From positions 480,001 to 544,000 of the forward strand of contig CAWFAK010000009.1 of the NCBI GenBank assembly GCA_963813715.1: 64,000 nt of DNA, given 5' to 3'. Both the position numbers and the translations under genes were made by a program. The notes below the pieces were generated by a model. The model searched no databases. It was not told the origin of the DNA and was given only the letters and a program-made list of their open reading frames with translations. Each line of letters starts with the position of its first letter. Within the stretch, counting starts at the first letter, position 1. The DNA is from an uncultured Planctomycetaceae bacterium. GTDB lineage: Bacteria; Planctomycetota; Planctomycetia; Planctomycetales; Planctomycetaceae. Below are positions 49,981 through 61,800 of this stretch, piece by piece.

Positions 49981-50661
49981 TTATTCGTCGATGCCGAGGC
50001 GGTAGCGCAGTTGTTGGAACTGCTCGAAGTATTCCTCGCTCGACGAGTGAACGTGTTCGGCTTCGGTGATGAATTTGATCTCTTCGTTGCAGCGGACGCC
50101 GTAGTTGCGGAAGACCCGCTCGAATTCGCTGAGGTTCTTGCCGTACATGATCAGGAGCTTGTGCTCGTCGAACTGCACCTCGAAGGGAATCCGCGGATTG
50201 AGCACCGCGATGCCCAGGCAGCCGTCGTTGAGCAGCAGCTCTTCGAAGTCGTACAGCGTGCTCTTGAGCACCGGCAGGTCGATGCTCTCGCGATACAGGT
50301 CCTGGTGTCCGTTGTTCCGCTCGTGGCTCGTCTCGAGCACCATATCGACCTCGTTCCCCAGCGGCTCGAGGAGGTCGAAGAACAGGTCGAGGACGGTTTC
50401 CTTGGAGGCGGCGCCCATCACGACGGGGATTTTGATGCCCGTGTCCGAGTCCTGGTAGACGTCGTGCCGGTAGCCCGACTGAGGAACGACTTGCAGATCG
50501 TACGAGGGACGGACCGCGTCGGTGAGGACGAAGCTGCCGTAGCGCGCGATATTCAGATGCGCCTCGAGCTGCTCCTCGGAGACGTTTTGAAAACTGCTCC
50601 GCTGAGGCGGGGCGGCCCCTTCCCGATCGGTGCTGGGCAAGAACCGTTGCAAGAAGCTCAT
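49981..50661 (-). CDS. Conserved hypothetical protein
   Basis: 226-aa ORF with native codon bias; QFDEHKLL and AEHVHSS motifs; own terminator. Confidence 0.8.
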   Translation of the reverse strand: MSFLQRFLPSTDREGAAPPQRSSFQNVSEEQLEAHLNIARYGSFVLTDAVRPSYDLQVVPQSGYRHDVYQDSDTGIKIPVVMGAASKETVLDLFFDLLEPLGNEVDMVLETSHERNNGHQDLYRESIDLPVLKSTLYDFEELLLNDGCLGIAVLNPRIPFEVQFDEHKLLIMYGKNLSEFERVFRNYGVRCNEEIKFITEAEHVHSSSEEYFEQFQQLRYRLGIDE

Positions 50662-51218
50662 CAGTCGACTTTCCCCAAAAAGGGCATTGACTCGGCTCGA
50701 CGGCTGGACCGGAAGGGGCAGGAACCGGGCGTCCCGTCGATGTTAAGGAAATCTAGCACGCAATTTTGGCCGCAAGGGCCGCCGGCCCATCGCGTTGGTT
50801 TTTTTCCCGTGCCGGCTCGGCGCAGCGGCACGCTCGTGCCAGCTACGGCAACCTGGACGGGCGCGCAACCAGTCCGTTTCTGACGGTCACAACGTTTTGG
50901 CCCCCGGCCCGCGGGCCCCTCGCACCGGGCCGGCGGCAGTCCCACACCGATCGCCCCCGCGATCACCCCCCCCAATCACTCAGTGCCTTCCAGCATGCAT
51001 CATCGCTACGCCCGGAGACGGATCGGACCATTGCTGCGGAGACAGTCCGGAACGTGTGTATTGAGGCTGTCGCGATCGTCTGTGCAGAGACTGTCCGGCC
51101 GGGTTGGCCGGGCACGGTTGAGCGGGCCAATTCGAGCGGGGTCCAACTCGTCTACCGGCAGTTTTCCGCCCGCGATATACTCCCCGCCCCTGCCTGCGGA
51201 CCGAGGAGACGAATTTCG

Positions 51219-52046
51219 ATGCGCACGATCGCCGTCATGAATCAGAAGGGGGGCGTCGGCAAGACGACCACCAGCGTGAACCTGGCGGCCGGGCTGGCAC
51301 GGGCGGGCCGTCGCGTCTGCCTGATCGACCTCGATCCGCAGGGGCACTCCTCGCTGCACTTGGGCGTGGAACCGGTCGGCGATATCCCCACCATCTACCA
51401 GGTCTTCGCCGGCGAGCAGACGATGGCGCAGGTGCGGCGAATGGTCGCGAGCAACTTGTGGGTCGTGCCGTCGAACATCGACCTGGCCGCGACCGAGATG
51501 GAGCTGGCCGACGTAGCGGGCCGCGAGCTGATCTTGCGGCAGACGCTCGACACGATGCTGGCGTCCGAACCCTACGACTATGTGCTCATCGATTGTCCGC
51601 CCTCGCTCGGCGTGCTGACCGTGAATGCACTCTGCGCCGTGCGCGAGATGTTCATTCCGCTGCAGCCGCACTTCTTCGCGCTGCAGGGTCTCTCGAAATT
51701 GCTGGAGACGACGGCGCTGATCACGCGGCGACTGAACCGCTCGTTACGCGTGACGGGCATCATTCTTTGTCTTTACGAAACGGGAACGCGGTTGGCCGCC
51801 GACATCACCGACGACCTGACGGCGTTTCTCGACAAGAGCGATGCCGACGCGCCGTGGGCGCAGGCCGCCATCTTTCGCAGCCGCGTGCGACGCAATATCA
51901 AGCTGGCCGAGGCGCCGAGCTTCGGGCAGTCGATCTTCGAGTACGCGCCGACTTGCGGCGGCGCGACCGACTACCTGGCGCTGGTCGACGAGATCATGCT
52001 CGCGGAAACGGAAAGCTCGCAGCCGCGCAACGTGCGGGCCGCCTGA
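51219..52046 (+). CDS. ParA/Soj-family ATPase (orphan)
   Basis: [46 protein letters not shown]. Confidence 0.92.
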   Translation: MRTIAVMNQKGGVGKTTTSVNLAAGLARAGRRVCLIDLDPQGHSSLHLGVEPVGDIPTIYQVFAGEQTMAQVRRMVASNLWVVPSNIDLAATEMELADVAGRELILRQTLDTMLASEPYDYVLIDCPPSLGVLTVNALCAVREMFIPLQPHFFALQGLSKLLETTALITRRLNRSLRVTGIILCLYETGTRLAADITDDLTAFLDKSDADAPWAQAAIFRSRVRRNIKLAEAPSFGQSIFEYAPTCGGATDYLALVDEIMLAETESSQPRNVRAA

Positions 52047-52491
52047 TCGCGTCCGCGATGTCGCCCGATTTTGGTCGACAAAATCCGGGTCGAGCGGCGA
52101 TCTTCCAGGCGGGGCCAGCGATTGTTTCCCCCTCTGAACGGGAACTTTGCGGCTTAGCCGGGCGTCTCAGCTGGGGGGAAACCTCATTTCCCGCGAGGTG
52201 CCGCACGCGGATTTCTCGTCGCATTTCTTCCCCAATTCCGCGAGACTGACTGGCAAACAGCGCCGGACCTGACGTAGATAAGGTCGGACGCCGCCTGGGC
52301 CGCGGCCTGCGGTCGGGCCGCGCGCCGGGTCGATCGCCGGATCGACGTGCAAGTTTTTGCCGCGAGCCGTTCGGCAACATCTTTACGCCGCCGCGTGCGG
52401 CATCAGAAAAAAAATCATGCCACCACCCACTGACTGCCGCCGTACGACTGTCGACCGATCTCCGGTGATCGACCGGTTTGTGTAGGGGCTT

Positions 52492-55400
52492 GTGATGAAC
52501 CACGCTGTGCGGAATTGTTCGTCGTCTGAGTTGTGCCGTCTCGAATTTGTCCGGCGCGGATTGCTGCTTGGGCTCGTGTGGGCGACGGCCGTTGTGCCCC
52601 TCGCCGTCCGGGCTGCCGACGAGCCTCCGGCGAAGCCGGCCCAGCCGACTCCGGCCGCGACATCCGCGACGTGGGAAAAGTTGATCTACGTCCCCTACCC
52701 GCGCTCAAGAGCGTGCTGCAGGATCCGAAAGCGGCCGCCATCGTGCCGCTGGATGAATATCTCCGCTGGCTGCAATCCAATCGCGGCCAGGCCACGCGCC
52801 TGCCGATCGCCGCCGTTCTCACCGAAGCGCACTACGACGCGAAGGTCGACAAAGACGTCGTCCGGATTCACGGCGTGCTCACGATCCAATCGCTGGAGAA
52901 GCATTGGTCGGGCGCGACCGTTGGCTTTGGCGAAGCGGCCATCGGCAAAATCACCTCCGAGAAAGATCGGGTGCTGGTGCGCGGCTTGGGCCGCGGCCTC
53001 TATGCACTGCTCGTGCCGGACGAAGGCACGTATCGCGTCGAGCTGGAGCTGACGACGGCCGTCCGTACGTCACCCGAGGGCCGCAGCTTCGACTTCGACT
53101 GCCCGACCGTCGGCATCTCGACCTTCGACCTCACCGTGGCGGAGCCCGACCAGGCGATCGAGCTTGTGCCGCGACCGGTGATCGAAGCGGCCGACTCGCC
53201 GCAGGGGCAAACGCGAATCAAAGCCAACCTGGCATCGACCCCGCACCTCGTGGCTCGCTGGCATCCGCGGACGAGCACGCGGCCCGACACAGAGCTGTTG
53301 ATGGCGGTCGACAACGTGCTCGCCGTCACGATTGGCGACGGCGTGATCCACAGCGACGCCACGCTGACCTACAAAGTCCTCAAGGGCGAAACGAACCGCC
53401 TGAAACTGGCGGTCCCCGTCGACGATCGCATCCTCGACGTGTCGTCTCCGCAGGGAGGCGTGCGTGCCTGGAAGGCGGCCAAGGAGGCCAATCGTCAGCT
53501 CGTCACGGTCGATCTGCTGTCAGCCGTTTCGAAAGAAGTCATTGTCGAAGTCCACACCGAGCGACCGCTGCCGGCCGACGGCTTCGACGTCGCGGGGATC
53601 GACGACCAGGGAAAGGTGCTGGGCATCCACGCGGTCGACGTGCTGCACGAAAGCGGTCGGCTGATCGTCGACCACCGCGAGGGCACCGACGTCTCCACCC
53701 TGTCGGAAAAAGGAGTCGTGCAGATCGAGGCAACCGACGTCCCGCAGGCCAACCGCGGGCCCAACGCCCTCTTCTACAAGTTTTACAGCACCGCCTTCCG
53801 CCTCCGCGTCGAGGCGCGAGCCGTCGAGCCGCAGATCGTTTGCACGCAGCGAGCCCAGTTCGTGCTGCGGGAGGACGAGCTGCGGATGAGCTCGCTCTTG
53901 AATTACGAAGTCACGCGGACGGGCATCTTCGAGCTGGACCTCAAGGTGCCGGACGGACTCTCGATCGATGCGGTCGAGTCGCCCGCGCTGCGGACCTATC
54001 GTGTCGACGCCGCCAGCCACAAGCTGATCGTCTCGCTCAACGAAAAGCAGCAGGGATCGATCGCACTCACGGTGACGGGTCATCGCGAAATGCCGGCGGC
54101 GGGCGACGTCGATCTACCCCTGTTGGAGCCGCTAGGGACCTTCCGCGAAACGGGCCTCATCGGGGCCTTCGCTCCGGAAGGCATCGAGCTGGTTGCGGAC
54201 GACAGCAAGCTGGCCGGCGCCCATCCCGAGCCGCCCGGCAGCCTGACGCCGCCGCCTGACACGCGTCCCGCGGGAAGCTGGTCGTATCGCCATCGTCCCG
54301 TGACGATTCACGTGCGGGCCGTCCGCAAGCCCACGCGACTCACCGCGCGGGTGGAAACCACGATCAACGCCCGCCAGGACTCCGCCACGCTGACGGCCCG
54401 CGTGATCTTCCAGGTCGAAAACGCGGCCATCGACACGTTCCGCATCGCCGTGCCGCAGGCGGCCGCTGACCGCGTGCAAATCCAGTCCGAGAACGGCGAA
54501 GCCGGCGTGAAGCAGCAGATCCGCGACGAAAAGGCGGCCGACGGCTTCGTCGGCTTCACGATCACGCTGCAGAAGAAGGTCACCGGCTCACAGCCGTTCC
54601 TGGTCAAATACGATCTCAAGCCGAACGCCGCGTCCGACGCCGCCGCCAAGACGGGAGAGCATGCCGGAGCCGCCAAGGCCGAGTTTGTCGCGCCGCTGCC
54701 GCAAGCACAGGGCCTGAAGAATGCCGACAACACCGATCGCGTGCCGCTCGCCCGCGTCGACGGCGAAGTCAGCGTGACGAAAGACGCGTCGCTCTCGGCC
54801 GCGGCCACCGCCACCGGCGGCGACGTCGAAGCCATCGACGTCCGCGAGCTGACGCATCTCGATCACAACGGCTACCTCGCCTTTCGCTACGAGCGACAGC
54901 CGGTCGAAGTGCGACTGTCGCTCGTGAAGTACGGCGTGCAGCCGGTGATGGAAACGGTCGTCTCGCGGGCCCTGTTCGAGGTCGTCATCGGCCGCGACGC
55001 CACGGCCCTTTATCGCTGCCGCTATCTCCTCAAGAGCAGCCAGCGGCAGCGGCTGGCCCTCGAGCTGCCGGCCGACGCGCAGCCGCTCGGCGTCTTTCTC
55101 GATGGCCGCACGCTGTCGCTGGAGACCGATCCGGCCGCTCCGCATTCCGACCAATGGAAGTCGTTCTTCGTCAACGTGCTGCGGCCCACGTCGTCCGACG
55201 AGCCAATGCATCTGGCCGTGCAGTTTCGCCGGCCGATCAGCCCGATGCCGTTCGAATCGCTGGCGGGGGGCACGCTGGCCCTCTATTTCCCGCGGCTGGG
55301 CGGATCGGACGAACACGTCGCCGTGCAGCAAACGCGGACTGCCATTTGGATCCCCAAAGACTTTTCCTTCGTGCAAACGCCGATCGGCTTCCTGCCCGAA

Positions 55401-55892
55401 TCGCAGACGCTGCAAGTGCTGGGACGCTTCGACCTGACGTCCATCGGACCCACGCCGTCTGACCTCGATACCTGGATCGGCGGCAGCCGCGGCGCGCTGT
55501 TCGAGTTTCCCCTCGAAGGCGACTCGCACGTTTACAACCGCGTGGGGCCGGCCGAATCGATCCAGCTGACCTGGGCTCGCATGCCGCTCGCCACGATCGT
55601 CGTCAGCCTGGCCATCGTCATCATGGGTTGGCTCCTGCGACGCTGCCGCTGGGAAACCCTGGCGACGCTGGTGTTGATCGCGGTGCTGGCTGCCGCGCTG
55701 GGCGCCCTGGTCGATCGCGAGCTGGTCTGGCACGCCATCCTGGCCGCGCGGTTCGGACTGATGGCACTCGCCGCGATCTGGATCATCGAGGCCTTCCGCC
55801 GCGCGTCGATACGACGCCCCGTCACAGCGACCGGCACACCGACGAGCACGCCACCAGCCGCCGCCCCGGCAGTGGGAGGTGGCAATGTCTAG
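52492..55892 (+). CDS. Large secreted/membrane-anchored hypothetical protein (~1130 aa; frameshift near 52700)
   Basis: Signal peptide and KLIYVPY in ORF 52492-53052, continuing in ORF 52533-55892; beta-rich repeated domains; three C-terminal TM helices. Confidence 0.8.
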
Positions 55893-58800
55893 TAGCACTT
55901 CCTTCACGCAAGCAGTTCCGGGTGGCACTGGCGGCTTGTCCGCCAGTGTCCTCGAACGACGCTCGCTGAGACGACACCTGCGGAGAAGACACTGGCGGAC
56001 AAGCCGCCGGTGCCACTCACTTGCCCTGAAGGCATGCTTAGTCGTTGCGCTGGCCTGTTTCGCGATGCCGGCATTGGCCCAGAAATCCGATCCCACGCCT
56101 CCGAAGCGGCCGAGCGAAGTTTATGTTCCCAGTTCGGATTTGGATGCGATTCTCGGCATGGAAAAGCGGAGCGTGCTCCTGCCTCGCGCGCAGTTCGAAG
56201 AGCTGCTGAAGAAGGCCGAGCAAAACGCCCGCGAAACGCCCGACGTCCCCAACGGGATCACGGTCATCAGCGCCGATTACCAGGGACGGATCGTCGGCTC
56301 GCAGCTGCTCATCGCCGCAACCATCAAGTTGAACCAGGTGACCGAGGGCTGGCGTTTCCTGCGCTTGCCGCTGGCGGGGGTCGGACTTGAATCGGCGGCG
56401 CTCGATGGGAAGCCGGCTCTCTTGGGTGCCAAAGGGAGCGACCCGGTGCCGCATCTGTTCAGCGATCATCGCGGTCCGCACACTCTGCTCTTCGAGGCCG
56501 CCGTGCCGCTGACCGTCTCCGGGGGCGAACGGGAAGCGACTTTTCGCCTGGGCGACCTGCCCGTCGGCACGCTCAGCCTCGAGGTGCCCGCCAACCAGCG
56601 GCTGCTCGTGAGCGGCCGCGCGCTCGAGCGCCCGAGCCCGATCGACAAGCCGGCCACTTACTCCATCGCCGTCGGCGGCTCCGCTGAAATCCATTTGAAG
56701 CTGGTCGACCGCAGCCTCGAGCAGGCCACCGATCGACTCCTCTTTGGCACCACAATCTATCGCCTCAACGTGTCGCTCGGCGACGCCGCGTGGCAGGCCG
56801 TCACCACGCTCGACGCGCGGGGACGCCGGTGGGCAAGCTCGCCATCGGGAGCCCCGAAGGCTTGCGGATCACGACCGTCACCTCGACGGGGCTCGACTCG
56901 TGGAAGCTGGCGGCGGCCGCGCCGCAAAAACCGGCCACGCTCGAACTGGCGTTTCGTCAGCCGTTCACCGGCAAGCGGACGATCCAGTTTCGCGGCGTGT
57001 TGCGGCCGGGAGCCGACCGTCGCTGGCGCGTCGAATCGCTCAAGATCGACGGCGCAACCGCCCACCTGGGACACATCGAGATCGCCTCGCCGCACGACTT
57101 GCGGCTGCGGATCGACTCGACGACCAATCTGCGGCCCCGGTCGCAGCCCGTTACGACTGCCGACACGACGGCCCCTCTCGACGTGACGCCCTCCTGCGCC
57201 GCAGGCGAACGCCGCTGGTGAGTCCATGGCGCCCGCAGCACCGAACGCGCGCTGCGCCCCACAGCGACCTACACCCGCGCCTCCGCTAGCGTCTCTGAGT
57301 TACGACGCCTGGAACGAGCAGTTTGCGATCGCCTTCGGCGTCGAGGCCAAGGAACGCGAGGTGCTCGCCAACCTGCTGACGTCTCTCGAAATCTCCCCCG
57401 AGGGACCGCAGCTGCAACTGGCCGCATCGCTGCAGAGCTTGAATCGGCCGCCGTTCGACATCGAAATCACGCTGCCCGCCGAATGGACGCCGACGAACGT
57501 GCTGGTCAACCGCCAGCCGGTCGAATGGCGTGACCTGTCGGCCGAGGCGGGCACGCAGCACTTGCTCATCACGCTGCCCCGGCCCGCGGCGCCCGGTCAG
57601 TCGATCACGCTTGCGCTCAACGCGCAGAAATCGGTGTCGAATTGGCCGATCGACGAAACGGGGATCGAGCTGCCGCTGCCGGAAGTACGAATTCTCAAGA
57701 CGGCGGCCGTCGCCGGCACCTATCTCATTCGGGCCGGCGACGATTTCGAGCTGACTCCGTCGGACATCAAGGGCCTCGATCCGGCCCACCTCAATCTGCC
57801 GCGGGAGCGGATCGGCTTTCGCTATCAAGACACCCGCTTCTCCGGGAAGCTGAAGATCGCCCGGCGGCCGGCGCGGCTGTCGGCCGACACGCTGCTCGTC
57901 GTGCGGCTCGACCGCGCGGCCTTGCGGACCGGCGTACGCACCACGATCGAGGCCCGCGGCGGCGGCTTCCGCCGGCTCGACGTCTTCCTGCCCGAATCGG
58001 CCGGCAAGGACATCCGCTTTCACACCGACGCGGGCGAGGTGGCACTCGCCGACCAGTCGGTCTCGGAGCCGGTCCGCGGCGAGCGGCATTGGATGCTGAC
58101 CTTCGAGCGCTATGTGCAAGGGACCGTGCATCTGTCCGCGCTGATCGAAACGCCTCGCGGCAACGCGGCCGAGTTTCGCGTGCCCGAGCCGCGCCTGGCC
58201 GGCGTCGCCCGGCACAGCGGCATCGTCGTCGTGCGGGCCGCGCCCGATCAGCAACTGCACGTGACGGCCACCGGCGCCGACAACCAACCCCTGACCGAGG
58301 TCGACCAGGCCGACCTACCGACTCAGTCAGGCGACACTGACGACCGCACCGTGGCCGCCTACCGGTTCGTCCAGCCCGACAACCGCGTGACGCTGACCGA
58401 ATCTCGCTACGCCCCGGTCGGCGTCGCGCGGGCCGTCTGCACGAAGTGCGAAATCCAAACAATCGTCCCCGTGTCGGGCGAATGCCAGCACACCGCACGC
58501 TTGCAGTTCTTGGCGACGGGCGTGCAAAGCCTCCGTCTGACCCTGCCGAAAGGGGCCGACCTGTGGGCCACGCTGATCGACGGCGAACCGGTCGAAGTGC
58601 GGCGCGGCCAATCCGGCTACGAGTTGCCGCTGAAACCCGCGTCCGATCCCGAAGCGTCTCGCGAGCTCACGTTGTTTTACGCGACGAAGGCCCCCGCCGC
58701 CGACGCGACGACTGCGGACGCAGCCGGCGCCGGCGAAACGAGCAACCGCGAGCGAATGCTCGGGGACGTCGTTTCCGGCGGGCAGTCCAGACGCCGTCGC

Positions 58801-61800
58801 CACGCGCCGCTTCCAACAGGCGCCGCCAGTCGTCTCCGTCGTGGGCAACTCGGGTGCGGCGGAACGGATGGAAATGTTGCACCAGAGCTGGACGCTGCAC
58901 TACTCGCCCGACCTGGCCGTGCGGCAAAGCTGGGCGCCTTCAGCCCCGATTGGTGGCTGGCGGATCGCGGCGTGCTGGGCCAACTGGTGCAGGATCTGGG
59001 CGACATCACGGCGGTCGACGCCGGCTGGAAGCTGCTCGAATTTCTGGGCGTCGTAGTGCTGATCTGGCTCTGCGTGCGGGGTTATGAGCGGTGGGGAGCC
59101 GGCGGCATCATTTCGGCCTGCGTCGTCGTCGCCATCATCGCCTGCGTCTGGCTGTCGACGATGGCTGCCTCAAGTCGCGAAAACCAAAGCGCGGCAAAGC
59201 TCGAATCGTCGGCGAAATCCGCGGCAGATACCACCGCCTTCGCGCACGCCTATCAGTGGAATCGAGCGGTCGAGCCTGAGAAGAAGTCTTTGCCCTTCCC
59301 ACTCAATCTGAAGGCGAGATCGGGCAAAGCGATGAGAGGCGACTTAGGCGGCGGAATGGGCGGCGGATTCGCGAAGCAGCCGAGCGATCGACTAGAAGTG
59401 AAGTCGGATGAGTCCGCCAACAACCCCTTTGACGGCCCGGCCGCGGCGCCGCCGCCCCAAGCTCCAGCAGCCGGGGAAGCTCCGCCCCGGCAACAGGCGG
59501 CACCTGCGCCGGCGCCCCCCAAAGTCGCACAGCCGGGCGCCCGGTTGTCGGTCGCCATTGCTTTCGATCCGCCCGCGGATTCGCATCATCGCACGTTCGA
59601 GTACCTCGGCCGCGATGCGGTTGCCGCCGGCGCGCCCCTGCTCGACGTCGAGTTCGAGAGCGTTGCCGCGCGACGCGTTTTTTCCAGTGCGCTGGCGGTG
59701 CTCGTCACGCTCGTCTTCTGGTTGCTGCGGCGGCGGACGTGGGCCGTTAAAGGAACGCTCGCCGCGTTCGGCCTGCTCGTGCCGATCGCGCTGGCGGCCG
59801 TCGTGCCGATCAGCGTCGAGGTTTGGCTGGACGGAATTTTTCTCGGCGCGGCGTGCGGCACGATCGCCTGGCTGATTTACCAGATGCCGAACCTGGGCCG
59901 CGGCAGGAGCGGTCGCGCGGACGCCGCCTCGAAGAACGCAGCGGCACGTCCGCTCGGCGCGGCGGGCACGGCCGTGTTGCTCGCGGCGGCAATCGTCGGC
60001 GTGGCGACGGCGGCTCGCGGCGACGACCAGACGCCGGAAGCGAAAACCACTCCCCCGATCGTCGTCCCGCGACCGCAGCCGCCGACTGGCGGCACGGCAA
60101 TCGTGCCGTACGATTCCGAGCACGACCCGCTGGCCGCCGAGCGCGTGCTGCTCGAACAGCGGGCGTTTCTGGAACTGTGGAACCGGGCGCATCCCGAGCA
60201 GTCGCTGGGCACGCATCCCGCCGCCGAAGCCTTCGTGACCGAGGCCCTGTACACGGCCCGCGTTGTCGAGGCGCGCGACGCCAAGGAAACTACGACGGCC
60301 GATCGCGGCCGCGTGAGCGTCTCCGGTCATATCGTGCTCTTCTCGCGCAGCGATCGGCCACTGCGCGTGGCGCTGCCCTTTCAACAGGCGGCGCTGCAAA
60401 GCGCAAAACTCGACGGCCAGCCGGCCCTGCTCGTGCCGCATCCGCAACCGCTCGGGCAGAAGGCGCCGACGCAGCAATACGACGCCGTGCTCAAGACGGC
60501 CGGCGCGCATGTTCTGGACGTCGAACTGGAACTGGCGGCCCGCGTCGCCGGCCCGAGCGGCGAATTCACGATCGGCCTGCTGCCGGTGGCGAGCGGCCGT
60601 CTCTCGTTCGAGCTGCCCGCCGGTGCCACGAGCGTGCGGATTAATGGCAACGACGCCGGCTATCGTCGGCGGCCGGACGGCGGCAAGACGTGGATCGACG
60701 TCCCCATCGCCACGGCCGGCCAACTGTCGATCGCCTGGCAGCCGGCACAGGAAGCCGGCTCGGTCGCCCGCTCGATCGAATCGTCGGCCCGCACGCTGGC
60801 CGTGCTCGACGATGCCGGCTTGCGAACGGTGAGCCAGTTCTCGCTGCAAGTTCGACAAGGCGGCGTCTCCGAGCTGTCGTTCACGCTGCCGGCTGGCGCC
60901 AAGCTGCAAACTGTCCGTGGCAGCGACGTCGTCGGCTGGAAGATCGAAGGGAACGATCCGTCCCGCAAGCTGACGGTTTCACTGCGTCGCAGCGTCACCG
61001 GAGAAACGGGACTCGAGCTCGATCTGTTTCAGGCGCTCTCGGTCAACCAATCGTCCGTGCCCGTGTCCGTCGGGCTGCCGGCGCCGCTCGGCGTCGTGCG
61101 AGAGACGGGGATCATCGCCCTCTGGGCCGGTTCGCAGTTCGACGTCCGCGGTCCCAATTTGCCCGGCGGAACTCGGGTCGACGCGCGCGAGTTCCCGCTG
61201 GCCACGTTCGACCAGGTCGGCACGTCGGCCACCAATGAGCGCGGGATGTTCGAAGCGGCCTTCCGTTACAATTCGCGGCCCGCGGCGTTTGCGTTTACGC
61301 TCGCGCGGCGCGGTTCGCAGACCGACGTGTCGGCGCTCTACGCCGTGCTGGTGGGACGCCGCAAGCAGACGCTGACGACCCGCTTCCACATTCAGCCGAC
61401 GGGCACCGCGCTGACGCAGGCACAATTCCGGCTGCCGGCCGGGTTCCTGACGCTGTCGGTCGAAGGGTCGCCGTTCATTTCCGATTGGTACGTGAGCGGC
61501 GTCGCCGGGGCGAAAAACCTCGTCGTCGAGTTCGCGTCGCCCCAGTCGTCGCCGTTCGACCTGGCGATCAGCGGCACGGTGGCCAAGAACCCGGACGACG
61601 CCAAGACCACGCTCGACGTGCCGACGCTCGCCGGAGCCCGCCGCGCCGAGAGCCGACTGGCCGTGTGGCTCGACGGCTCGTACCAGGCGACGATCGGCGA
61701 AGCGGCCGATTGGAAGTCGATCGGCCCGAACGAAATCCCGGCCGACATGAAGTCGCTGCTGCACACGCCGCCGCAGTTCGCATTCGAGAGTCGGCGGCCG

